This document shows positions 26,712 through 38,490 of a DNA stretch of 62,000 bases, one piece after another. Origin of the DNA: Octopus vulgaris (taxonomy: Eukaryota); assembly GCA_951406725.2 (NCBI GenBank), contig OX597821.1, positions 102,320,001-102,382,000 of the forward strand. Reading direction: 5' to 3'. Every line of letters begins with the position of its first letter. The stretch's first letter is position 1. The notes under the pieces are model-generated. The model did not search any database. It saw nothing but the letters and a program-made list of their open reading frames with translations, and was not told the DNA's origin. A program made the translations under genes and the position numbers.

Positions 26712-27179
26712 TGGTGTCGGTTGCGTGTAAACAAACAGGCAGAGAGAGAGATGTGAACCGTTGAAAAAGGAGTGAAACAATCTATATGGGATCTCGCCCC
26801 AGTCAAGTTATTGTCACGGACAAGAGATTAATTTGCAACTTTAAATTTACTACTACTACTGTTACAAAAAAAAAAAAAAAAAAATCAAGTATTATGATTA
26901 TCGAGACGGGGTGCGGTGGCGGTGATAGTCCTAGAGGGACGAGTAATGATATAAATAAAAACGAGATGGATAGTTGACATTGTTTCTGTTCTTTATTTGT
27001 TACGGGGTCACGAACTGGGAAAGCAGCAATATTTATCATAGCTATTGTGGGTTTTTTTTTTTTTTTTTTTTTTAAATAGGAAAAGCAGCGAGGATAGTCA
27101 TGGACACAATAGAAAAAGAAAGGAAAGAAGAGAGAAACGAGGAGTGGCAGCAAAGAGAAGGTTTATATTATTATTATTT

Positions 27180-28385
27180 TTTAAGACGTAAGCCGGCGGA
27201 ATAGTAAACACGCCGGGCAAAAACGTCTTTAAGTTCTGAATTAAAATTCCGCCGAAGTCGACTTTGCCTTTCTTCGTTTCGGAGTCGATAAATTAAGTAC
27301 CATCGTCGATGTAAAAAACTAGTCCCCTCCCAACAAATTTCAAGCGATGTGCCTATTATAGAAAGGATTAGTATTGTTGTTACAGGCAGAATCGTTAGCA
27401 TGTTAGACGAAAATGCTTAGCGGTATTTCGTCTGCCGTCACGTTCTGAGTTCAAATTCCGCCGAGGTCGACTTTGCTTTTCATCCTTCCGGGGTCGATTC
27501 CAGTACCAGTTACGCACTGGGGTCGATATAATCGACTCAATCCGTTTGTTTAGCCCCTTGTGGGTAGTAAAGAAATAGGTATTTCGCCAGTCGCTACGTT
27601 CTGAGTTCAAATTCCGCTGAGGTCGACTTCGCTTTTCATCCTTTCGGAGTTGATAAATTAAGTACCAGTGAAATACTGGGGTCAATGTAATCGACTTAAT
27701 CCCTTCCCCCAAATATGAGGTCTTGTGCTTCCAGCAGAAAGGATTATTATTATTGTTTGAGAGAAAAGAAAATTTAGCTTAGACCACGAGAATAATTTGC
27801 TCTGGACTAGATCGAATAACAAGAATGTTAAGTTGGTTTGTTGTTTGTAGTAGTTTTTCATAGGGTGAAGAGTGGGTTTACAAAGGGAAAAAAATTGGGT
27901 GGGTGTGGATATTTAACCCTACGTAATTTACCGATTTTAAAAATTTTATTTTCAAAATTAATTGAAACAAATGGCAACGAAAAAGGAGCAATAAAAATTT
28001 GGCACAAAGCCAGCAATGTTAGGGGAGTTCGTTGATAACCTTATTTTATTGACCGTGGAAGAATGAAAGGCAAAGTCGAACTAGACGGGATTCAAACTCA
28101 GAACGTAAAGAGCCAGAAGAAATGTTGCTAAGCATTTTGTCCGACACGCCAACGATTCTGCTGGCCGCCTTCAGTTGCAAATTATGACATAAGGCCAGTA
28201 ATTTTAGGGAAGGGATTATGTTGGTCTGATCGATTTCGGTATTTGACCGGTACTTTATTATATAGACGTCGACAGGGTGAAAGGCAAGGTCGACCGTGGC
28301 GGAATTTGAACTCAGAATGTAAAGAGCCGGAAGAAATGATACTAAATATTTTTGTACGAAGTGCTAACGATCCTGCCACCCTGTT
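27180..28385. mobile_element. Cluster of family-B SINEs
   Basis: Plus copies at 27180-27360 and 27380-27740; minus copies at about 27980-28385. Confidence 0.8.
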
Positions 28386-28556
28386 ACCTTGAATTTGAGA
28401 TGGTATTAAACGTTGGCGGTTTTTCGAACTTTGTACATATATGTTGGAGGAAACTGAAATATAAACAGGATAGTCAAGATCGGTCATTCTTGTGATTCTT
28501 AAACGGTTCATCATTTGTTTGTAATATTTGAACGGTGACAAGTCTAAACAAATGCC

Positions 28557-28782
28557 ATTCACATTTGACGGATATTTGTCCTCCTCTTTGTTGTTAACAC
28601 AACGTTTCGGCTGATATACCCTCCAGCCTTTATCAGGTGTCTTGGGGAAATTTCGAGCCTGGGTTCTCATTCCTATGTTGTTGTTGTTATTATTATTATT
28701 ATTATTCAGGTCACTGTCTGGAATCGAACTCGGAATCTTGGGGTTAGTAGCCCGTGCTCTTAATCACTACGCCATATGCCCG
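28557..28782 (-). mobile_element. tRNA-headed SINE-like element carrying a hammerhead ribozyme (HHR)
   Basis: A box TGGCGTAGTG and B box GAGTTCGATTC, then (AAT)n/(AAC)n, body, HHR and tail. Head-to-head inverted partial copy at 28783-28886. Confidence 0.8.
28596..28641 (-). ncRNA. Minimal type I hammerhead ribozyme motif (G8A variant, likely inactive copy)
   Basis: GACAC-CUGAUAA-A-GGCUG-GAGGGUAUAU-CAGCC-GAAACGUU-GUGUU: 5-bp stem I, 5-bp stem II, palindromic AACGUU helix III. Confidence 0.75.
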
Positions 28783-28886
28783 GGAATATGGGCGTAGTGC
28801 TTAAGAGCGCGGGCTATTAACCCCAAGATTCCAGGTAGTGATCTGAATAATAATAATAACAACAACATACCTTAGGAATGAGAACC
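28783..28886 (+). mobile_element. Inverted partial duplicate of the HHR-SINE 5' half (B box deleted)
   Basis: Reverse-complement match to about 28662-28782. Confidence 0.85.
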
Positions 28887-31608
28887 TCGTCCCCTCAAAA
28901 TTGCAGGCCTTGATAATAATTAGCATTATCTACTGTTATTATAAAAGAGGCAAACTGGTAGAATCATTAGATTGGTAGAAAATGCCTTGCGGTATTTGTT
29001 CCGACTCATTACATTCGGAGTTCAAATCTAATCGAGGGTGTCTTTGTAACGCTCGTGCATGTCTAAAAGTGTCAAGGGGAAGGTTCAAAAACAAAAAAAA
29101 ACAAAAAACGTGACAGTGTGAATGAAGAAATATGTCAAATATGTGACTATTATTTGTCTTTACTCTAGCCAGCACCAATCGTTTCATCTTGCCTTATTTG
29201 CGCTGCAAGTAAAAACTACAACTGAAATCCTGTTTAAAAAAAGGTGGACGTCTTACGCCAGTCTGGCTTTCTAAGTTGATGATGTCCGTCGTCTCTATAC
29301 ATTCAACATATTCCAACGTCATTCATGCTACAAGATCTACCTTCTCACATGTCAATTTGCCGCAGTCGTCACGTAACGGTTATAAAGCCAGGTTGAAAAG
29401 CGAGGAAAGTAAAGCTCGCTGAACAAAACTAAACCACACTCCCCACACATCACACGCAAATATGAACTTAGGCAACAAAAATAGATAAGTTGTCAATCTT
29501 TTTTGCCAAACCAGAAGAGTCCTTATAGTTAGTGTTTACTAACTGTTTTTATATTTTAGTCATTAACCCATAAAGTGCTAGGATTTGCACTTACATAGCA
29601 TGAACTGCTGAGCACATTTTATGAAAATGAGACTACCATGCACACATAAAAAATATTTAAAAAATAGTCAAAATATCTTCTTAGTATAAAATGGTGGCAA
29701 GTTTTACATCATCTGAAAAGTCATTAGTTGAACTATTTAGTCCTCTTGCATTCTGGGGGGTATCGGAGTGTTTGAATGACATTAGACCCCAACAAACGCC
29801 CATAACTTAAATGCACCTATCTGGGCCACAATTGTGCCCTGTTGACCCGTGCCTAACGGCCACCATCGTGGCCCGTCGCGCTTTATGTGTTAAGCTACTG
29901 CGAAATAAAATCTTAACCGGGATAAAAAGCTGGTAACAGTGACCATCTGTACGGTTCGGTTTGCTAGAAGCAACAGCCAAATCTACTCCAAATCAGATAT
30001 CTTCTTTCTATTCAAAAAAAAAAAGAAGACAACAATGAAGTTGCAATAATCAGGACGAGGAGTGGGAGATAGATACTATGAAGACGAGATTTTGTCTCCA
30101 AATGCTGGTCTTAGTCATTGGACAGCGGCCATGCTGGGACATCGCATTGAAGGGTTCAGTTGAATAAATCGATCACAGTACTTATTTTCCGAAGTCTGGT
30201 ACTTATTCTATCGCTGTTTTGTCTAAACGCTAAATTGGGACATAAATAAACCAACACTGGTTGTCAAGCAGCGGAGAGGGACAAACACAAAGACACACAC
30301 GCGTTACATACGATGAGTTTCCATACAGTTTCCGTCGACCGGGGACTCTAATAGATGACTCTTGTCCAAGGTGCTAATCATGTCTGCTAGATCAAGGCTG
30401 CGCTGGAGCTGAACAACAACAGTATCTTAGACAGCTGTCTTAGTATTATTATAAGCCCCAGGGAAAATCAGTGCACTGGGTCCTATAGTATTTATTGACA
30501 GCATTATGTATACATTACATACACAGACATATGTAAATGTATACATATCTATCTATCCATCCACACACAAACGCGATGAGCTTTCACAGTTTCCGTTAAA
30601 TTCGCTCACAAGACATTGGTCGGCCCGGGACTGTAGAAGACATTTGCCTAAAATGCCAAGGAGTGGGAACGAACGCGAAACCACGTGGTTGCAAAGCGAA
30701 TTTCTTAATCACACAGCCATGCCCACGCCTATATCTGAACTACACATGTAAATAAACATGAGCCGGTCACAGCTGGAGTACTTTTGATCGTAGGTATGCG
30801 CGATCAAGATGACACGGAGATTAAAAAAATATAAAAAAACGACCACCTCCACCTGCTGCTATTGTATCGTACACACACACAGACACTCAGCAGCAAAAAA
30901 CAAACAAAACTGAATTCATAGACGGAGAGAGAGAGCACTTGGCTGGTGATAAATTTATGTATCAAATACCGCAACTGGTGGACTTCGACACCTCAGCGTT
31001 TATAGTTCCGTTGAAATTTATGAAGTTTTAGGCCTTTCTTAGATAGACTGTAAGTACTTGAATGTTATCACAAGTAGGTATGATAATAGCCCGTTACTGT
31101 TCTGTTCTGTATAGATTCAAGTCGACCTCTGACACTTCAGATGACCCCCAAACTCAGAAAGGGAAGGAAGAGGGGGAGAGAGAGAGAGGTAGGTATGAAA
31201 GAGGGAGATGGAAGGAGGGACAGAGAGGGGTATAGAGGAAATATTCTAACTCTTCACTTTCAGAATTTTTCTCACTCTGAGATGAAATAGGAAACAGTTA
31301 TTGGGCATAGAGAATCAATGACTCACAGACGCCAGCCATTTCCCCCTGATTTCTTTTTTTCAACCACCAGAACAACTTAGGACTTATGAAAGGAATGCTT
31401 CATTTACTCAGAACGTATGAAAATAGTTGGGAATAAAAAAACAACAACAACAAAAGAGAATGAGGGGTAAGTCAGTGTTAGCTTATTTAATGCAGGGATC
31501 ATTAAAAATAGCTAACTATAAATAAACATGCGGCGAAGAAAAAAAAACCCTCAAAAAAGAAAAACAAACCGATATTCTATATCGGTTAATGAGTAATAAT
31601 CTCTTTTT

Positions 31609-32226
31609 GGTACTTTTTGGTTATCTCACTCCCATTAAAAACTGGGTTATCCCCACCCCCGTTTTACGAGAAATATCGGTTCTTTTGGTTATACCTAACT
31701 AAAAAAATTGTTTAACCGTCAACGACAACAAAAAAGAAAAAGAAAAAATTAATAAACATAAAAAGCGAAAAGATGAAACATCGCTTTGAATCTCTCTTTT
31801 ACTTGTTTCAGTCATTTGACCGCGGCCATGCTGGAGCACCGACCTTAGTCGAGCAAATCGACCCCGGGACTTATTCACACGGTTCCGAGTTCAGTCCCAC
31901 TGCGTGGCATCTTGGGCAAGTGTCTTCTACTATAACCTCGGGTCGACCAAAACCTTGTGAGTGGATTTGGTAGACGGAAACTGTGTGTGACTGTGTTTGT
32001 CCCCCTAGCATTACTTGACAACTGATGCTGGTGTATTTATGTTCCCAATAACATTTTTATAACAAATCATACCATGCCTATCGAGGAGGCCTAACGCCAA
32101 CAATGAGTTCAAGTATTGAATCAAAAAGACCTCTTTTAATCCAATCTCTTGTCGTCACATTAACTGGATTTTTTAGTAGGGAGATATGGCAATTTTTTAA
32201 AGGGGGTGAGATAAACAAAAAGTACC
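31609..32226. mobile_element. Merlin-like MITE family 1, copy 2, with internal rearranged SINE
   Basis: Same TIR; TSD CTCTTTTT/CTCTTTTC; SINE insert at 31794-32052. Confidence 0.8.
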
Positions 32227-33071
32227 CTCTTTTCTTTTTTTCTGGGTTAGTTTGGGAAAGAAATTCAGACAAGTCCCACTCTTTTCTGGTCTCATCAGTA
32301 AAGCATAGAGTTCACTGTAATTATCTAAGAAGAACCGAAAGAGTTGCTAAGTAAACGAGCGGCTATAGGATTAACATATAATCTCCTCGATCAAAATTGA
32401 GAAAATATCGGACAGCTGCTGTAGAACTGAAGAAAAATAAACAAGAGATTTAAGTGAATGCGAAATACACGCTAACATTAGCCATTTTGTTTTATATTTG
32501 GTTTGTAAGATTCTTGATGTGAACTCGTGTGTTGAAACATATCTTGCTGTATTTTGGGAAGGTCATTATATCAGTAATAAACACACGCACTGGTTCTATT
32601 TCACTTCTTTATTTGATAATTGGTTAACTATTTAACCAATAGATTTTTTTGGTTAATCGTTCGGCCAATCAATCAACAAAGTTTGTTACCACTCGCGACA
32701 CCATCAAGAACAGCTTCATCATCCAGCAGTCCTGGACTATAGAAATAGCATGTAATCGGTGAAGTCGAAAATGGTGTTGAAAGGACTTTGACAAAACTAG
32801 CTGACTGATTGATTGACTGAACGATTAATCAAACAATCAATTACTGAAATGGCCGACTAATTGATAAAAAAATAAAGTGAGATAGAACCAGCGCGCGTTT
32901 CTCATTGGCATAATGACCCACCTGAGATTTAAAAAAAATACGATTTACATCTGCTTTACATTGTTACATTTGTTTCTTAGCCCTAACTTTAAACTATAAT
33001 ATCGCATTAAAATTTAGCTGAGTAAACCCTAAACCCTTTCCAACCACTACGTCTTTTGAAAGGCAATATTA

Positions 33072-33528
33072 CAGTAATCACTCGCCATATTGCGCCCTCG
33101 GTACATCGCTAATTTTTCTGGCTAATAGATGTAAATTTATATCGCGGACTCCTCAGTTTATCGCGGGTTTCTGCGGCCGACAGGTATTTATATTTTTTTA
33201 GATTTTAATTATTTCTGTGGTAAAATAAGCATTTTCACACCAAAAAGTTGATAAAAATACAGTACAGCACTGCACTGTATAACAAATAAAATTTATAAAT
33301 AAAAGAAAATACGTAGTGTACCGTAAATGAGAGTAAACAAAGAATCGCACATACTATAGGGAAAACGAAACTCGGGAGACGAGTGTATGGTGTTGTTTTG
33401 CATTTATAATAATATAGACTTATACAAATTATAAAAAAGAAAAAAATACACTACTGTTTCTACGCGGATTTTCACCTATCGCGGGGTTTTTTTGGAACGT
33501 AACACCCGCGTTAGTCGAGGTATTACTG
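33072..33528. mobile_element. Tc1/mariner-pogo (Tigger-like) MITE
   Basis: TA-CAGTAATCACTCG...CGAGGTATTACTG-TA. Confidence 0.75.
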
Positions 33529-33974
33529 TAAACCTTTCCCCATCAAGATAGGAACACGAGAATAATTTGTAACGTATTCAGTCAGTGCCAATACAGAACC
33601 TCTGGTAAATAATATACCAAGTCGACACAAATGGTTATCGTTACATAAACGAAAGAGTGACGTTTATTAAATTTACACCAACAACAGAACTGGTAATACG
33701 TAGCATTATTTTGTTATTCTATCGTTGTGCATTGGCTTACTGTAAGAAAGAAGAAAAGGTCATGTTACTTTTAGTAGGATGGACTTTTTATTTTCCTTCC
33801 TGTTTATGTAATTTTGTAGTAGTATTTTTAGATAAGACAAAAGAAAAAAAAAAGATACTTGATTTCGGCATCTTTTGTAAATGCAGCAACAAAGATACTC
33901 TTTCATTTCAAAGCAGTCGAAGGACAAAAGACACTTGACGAGAAATGTTAATAGCATTTCATTTATCTTTTCTC

Positions 33975-34365
33975 TCTCTCTCTCATTTTATTCTTTTACT
34001 TGTTTCAGTGACTAAGACTGCGGCCATGCTGGGACAACTCACTTGAAAGGTTTAGTCGAAAAAAGACCGATCTCTGTACTTATTCTTTTAAACAATCCCA
34101 TACTCATACAATCGGACCTTTTTGCCGAACCGCTAATTAATGGGTGCGTAAACAAACCAACATCGGTGGCCAAGGAATGTGGCAACAAAGGGTACGTACA
34201 CACACACACATAAATATGTATAAGACAGGCTTCTACACAGTTTCCGTCCACTTGATTAACTATTAAAGTATTGGTCAGTCCAGGCCTATAGCAGGAGACA
34301 CTTGCCCAAGGTGTCCTGCGATGGGACTGAACTCAAAACCAGCGATAGGAAAGCTAACTTCTTAA
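33975..34365 (-). mobile_element. SINE family A, decayed
   Basis: Recognisable tail, middle and head. Confidence 0.75.
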
Positions 34366-34504
34366 CCACACAACCATACCACACTCCTCCCCCCTCTTTT
34401 CACACACAATATTCATTCTCTCCTTTTTCTTTATCTCTTCCTATCATAATCCTGGCTTTTTTATGTCTGTTTTTGCATATATAGTTTTCTCAATAATCTT
34501 TATT

Positions 34505-34538
34505 TTTTTCCGAAGAGGGATTTTTTCTGAAACGTCAA
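34505..34538 (+). ncRNA. Decayed minimal hammerhead-like motif
   Basis: CCGAAGA-GGGA-TTTT-TTCT-GAAACGTC, downstream of a pyrimidine-rich tract resembling a PLE 3' UTR. Confidence 0.4.
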
Positions 34539-34592
34539 CGCCTTCTTAATAACTCCACACCAATTTTATTAAACTATTCTTTTTTTTAACGA

Positions 34593-35000
34593 GGATCTTT
34601 TCGGTTTGAACAGCAGTTTTTTCTAGCGGTGTCATATGAAATTGTCACCCATATTATGACCCTAGTATCGATCTATTGCATTTCAATCTGTTTTAGGGTT
34701 CGGGGTGGGGGGAAGGGTATCTTTTTTTCTTCACAAATGTAAATAAACTCAATCTGTTTCTTAAACGAGGGACATATTCATACGGCACAGAATATTTTTT
34801 AAACCTCAATAGACGTATTTGATTTGCTGAAATTGCAGAAATTGAAGAAAAAAACAAATATCTTACAAACTATAGAATTTTCTCAATAAAGCCAAGAGAA
34901 AAATATGTTTTATAAACACATTCTACCAGTATACGAAGTTTAACATTTTTTAGTTACCTAGAAATTATGTTAAAAACTGCCGTTCAAACCGAAAAGATCT
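34593..35000. mobile_element. GG-ended MITE family 3 (Merlin-like)
   Basis: TIR GGATCTTTTCGGTTTGAACAGCAGTTTTT; TSD TTTAACGA/TTTGACGA. Confidence 0.75.
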
Positions 35001-35281
35001 TTTGACGAAACACCATTTAGTTTCCTAAAGCCCTGATTTTTATTTAACCACTCTTTGCTCGATATTTTTACTATCATCTCAATCAAACTACATAGTTTTT
35101 ATTTTAAGACTTCCCCGTAAATTCTTACTTTCAATTTTACATTTAGTCCTGTCAATAAACTCCACTTTCACCTATCGCTCTCACATATTCTAATTCCTTT
35201 TCATTTCTATTCTCTTCATCTACAAGTCATCACTGTTTAACTTCTACACACACAACAAACAATATAACAATCATCAACTAA

Positions 35282-35897
35282 GGCGGAGAGATGGCAGAAA
35301 CGTTAGCACGCCGGGCGAGATGCTTAGCGGTATTTCGTCTGTCGTTACGTTCTGAGTTCAAATTCCGCCGAGGTCGACTTTGCCTTTCATCCTTTCGGGG
35401 TCGATAAATTAAGTACCAGTTAAGCACTGGGGTCGATATAATCGACTTAATACCTATGTCTGTCCATGTTTGTCCCCTCTGTGTTTAGCCCCTTGTGGGT
35501 AGTAAAAAAATAGGTATTTCGTCTGCCAATACGTTCTGAGTTCAAATTCCGCCGAGGTCGACTTTGCCTTTCATCCTTTCTAGGTCGATTAAATAAGTAC
35601 CAGTTGCGCACTAGGGTCGATATAAGAGACTTAATCCGTTTGTCTGTCCTTGTTTGTTCTCTCTGTGTTTAGCACCTTGTGGGTAGTAAAGAAATAGGTA
35701 TTTCATCGGTCTTTACGTTGTGAGTTCAAATTCCGTCGAGGTCGACTTTGCCTTTCATCTTTTCGGGAGTCGATAAATTAAGTAATGAATTAATTTAAGT
35801 AATTTTTAATACTTCAATTAAGTATTAGTGAAACACTGGGGCCGATATAATTGGCTTACCGCAACCCCAAAATTGTTGGCCTTGTGCCACAATTTCA
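35282..35897 (+). mobile_element. tRNA-derived SINE family B (Deu/Nin-domain-like), tandem array
   Basis: One head, then units starting GGTATTTC at 35329, 35513 and 35697 (184-bp period). The core GCCTTTCATCCTTTCGGGGTCGATAAATTAAGTACCAG resembles the Deu/Nin domain as recalled. Confidence 0.88.
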
Positions 35898-35920
35898 AAG
35901 TAATCAACAATAATATTTAC

Positions 35921-36004
35921 CTATGGGCTCGGAGAAATCCATATTGGCAGCAGTGTACTGTTGGTGGTTTTCAAACCATCCTATTTCTTCAGATGTAAAC
36001 ATTC
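35921..36004 (-). CDS. TGIF: Candidate upstream TGIF coding exon (84 bp, phase 1-1)
   Basis: Long pyrimidine tract plus TTCCAG acceptor, then GA-ATG at 36002: MFTSEEIGWFENHQQYTAANMDFSEPI. Donor is G/GTAAAT at 35920. It joins the homeobox exon in frame as ...EPI-D-NCSKRKR, at the position where vertebrate TGIF1 has PLDLS. Confidence 0.65.
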
Positions 36005-36183
36005 CTGGAAGAAAGAAAGAAAAAAAGATATCAAAAGAAGTCAAAACTGAGATGGAAATTCCAAACATTAGGTCATTTAACAAAGAAAGAAAAGTGGGAA
36101 AGGAGTAACGTAGAGGAAACACGAAACGAAAGAGGATTTTAAATAACGGTGTGAGAGAGAGGAGGACATCAGTACAATGTGTA

Positions 36184-36239
36184 TGTGTGTCTTTTCTCTT
36201 GACAGCTTGATTAATTATAAATGACCAGAGAGAGAGAAA
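36184..36239. promoter_or_regulatory. Duplicated 56-bp element, proximal copy (TGACAG + TGATTAAT + TATAAA)
   Basis: Identical to 57090-57145; about 180 bp upstream of the exon ATG at 36002. Confidence 0.6.
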
Positions 36240-36771
36240 ATATTGGACGGTCAAAATGCATTGCGGTATTTCGGCTGCCGTTACGTTGTGAGTTCAAATT
36301 CCGCTGAGGTCGACAAATTAAGTACCAGTTACGCACTGGGGTCGATGTAATCGACTTAATACCTATGTCTGTCCTTGTTTGTCCCCTCTATGTTTAGCCC
36401 CTTGTGGGTAATAAAGAAATAGGTATTTAGAATCAACATTAAAAAAAAAAAAAAAATTTTAATCATTCTGAGATGCTTAATAAATATGTACCAATCATGT
36501 TCCGGCGTACTACCGTATTTATTCGTGTATAAGTTGCAGCCCTAATTTAGTGTTGAATCTTTGTACAAAATATTTTCCATTCAGTTTTAGATTGCCCTGT
36601 GCATCGGACACCTCTCAGTTTTTCATAAAAATAAAATCAAGCATAAAAAAGTGCAACTCATGCACAAGTAAATACGGTTTATTAGATTGGTTGTGTCCTT
36701 TCTAGAGAATTTCTGGCCTTATACCAATTCTATACAAATCAATATATCACTGGTGTGTGATTTCTGCCTTA

Positions 36772-37087
36772 TCGCGTGGGTTAGTGGTCAGGGTAGTCGT
36801 TCATGATCGTAAGGTCGTGAGTTCGATTCCCGACGGTGCGTTGTGTTCTTGAGCAAGAGACTTTACTTCACGTTGCTCCGGTCTACGCAGTTAGCAAAAA
36901 TAAGTTATACCTGTAATTCCAAAGGCCAGCCATCTCACATCCTGTATCACGCTGAATCTCCACCAGGACTACGTTAAGAACACGCATGTCAGTAAAGTGC
37001 TCGGCTCCTTAAACGTTAATTTCACGAGCAAGCTGTTCAGTTAATCGGAGCAACTGGGACACTTGTCTTCGTAACCGACGGAGTACC
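36772..37087 (+). mobile_element. tRNA-derived CORE-like SINE family D
   Basis: B box GAGTTCGATTCCC, TGTGTTCTTGAGCAAGAGACTTTAC core, tail ...CGTAACCGACGGAGTACCA. Confidence 0.75.
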
Positions 37088-37172
37088 AGTTCCTAGGTGT
37101 ATTTTAACGAAAGTCTGCGACCTACTGCGCATTCTAGCAAAGAATTTCTTCTTAGAACCTACACCTCAAATT

Positions 37173-38015
37173 GGTACTTTTTGGTTATCTCAACCCCATT
37201 AAAAATTGGGTTATCTCCCCTCGGTTTTCAGAAAAATATCGAAACTTTTGGTTATCGCCTTCAACTAAAATATTGTTTAACAGTCAATAAAAAAAAAGAT
37301 GAAAAAATTAATAAACATATAAAAGGAAAAGATGAAACCGTTTTGAATCTGATAATATTTTTTAAAACAAATACAAAACTGAAAAAATTAAACATCTAGG
37401 CGCAGGAGTGGCTGTGTGGTAAGTAGCTTGCTAACCAACCACATGGTTCCGGGTTCAGTCCCACTGCGTGGCATCTTGGGCAAGTGTCTTCTGCTATAGC
37501 CCCGGGCCGACCAATGCCTTGTGAGTGGATTTGGTAGACGGAAACTGAAAGAAGCCTGTCGTATATATGTATATGTATGTGTGTGTGTGTTTGTGTGTGT
37601 GTGTTTGTCCCCCTAGCATTGCTTGACAACCGATGCTAGTGTGTTTACGTCCCCGTCACTTAGCGGTTCGGCAAAAGAGACCGATAGAATAAGTACTGGG
37701 CTTACAAAGAATAAGTCCCGGGGTCGATTTGCTCGACTAAAAGGCGGTGCTCCAGCATGGCCGCAGTCAAATGACTGAAACAAATAAAAGAGTAAAGAGT
37801 AAAAGAGTATCTTACTATCTAATAATATTTTTTATAACAAATCATACAATGTCTATCGAGGAGGCCAAACGCCAACAATGTGTCGAAGTATTGAATCAAA
37901 AGGATCTAAATCTTTTAATCCAATCTCTTGTCGCCTAACTCGATGTTTTAATGGGGAGGTAACCCAATTTTTTAATGGCAATTTTTCAAAGGGGGTGAGA
38001 TAACCAAAAAGTACC
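37173..38015. mobile_element. Merlin-like MITE family 1, copy 3, with internal full-length SINE
   Basis: TIR GGTACTTTTTGGTTATCTCA; perfect TSD CTCAAATT; SINE at 37399-37808. Confidence 0.82.
37399..37808 (+). mobile_element. tRNA-derived SINE family A, full-length reference copy
   Basis: Head TGGCTGTGTGG/GGGTTCAGTCC, CORE-like CTTGGGCAAGTGTCTT, internal (TA)n(TG)n, tail ...AAATGACTGAAACAA.TAAAAGAG. Confidence 0.9.
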
Positions 38016-38490
38016 CTCAAATTATGTAATATATATTTCATACTTATCTGTCTCCTCAACCGTTTATTATCATAATTATCATATACCTATTACTATAATC
38101 ATTATATCTAATCTTCCACTTAGTCTGCCTCAGAAGGCCATTTACACAGCAGGCATCAATCATCTTCGCGACACACTTAAAAGCAATATACTTTCTCCTT
38201 TTAACGCACCAATATTTCTGACTAAGCAACCTAGTTTAGACTAATAAAAATAATAAAATAGCGATACATTCCACAAGTCATAACATCAGTACCTAGACTG
38301 ACCTGCCAAACAACATCCGTGCTACTTTACACTACCTGTCAGTCATCTACTCCAACCACCCGAACCCCCTTCACCTACACACCTCCAACTATCCAAAGCA
38401 CCCTTCCTCACAAAACGGTGTTAAACGGAATGGACCCCCAATGCTGGTTGCCGCTGCTGCTGCTTTTAATAAACATCCCAGAACCAACTC

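Noticed and set aside
27100-27160. Plus-strand MDTIEKERKEERNEEWQQRE mini-ORF
   Set aside because: Purine-rich low complexity with a weak donor; better explained as the antisense of a pyrimidine-rich UTR-like tract.
35329-35880. Regular repeats resembling a CRISPR array
   Set aside because: Whole 184-bp units repeat with no unique spacers; they are SINE multimers in eukaryotic DNA with no cas genes.
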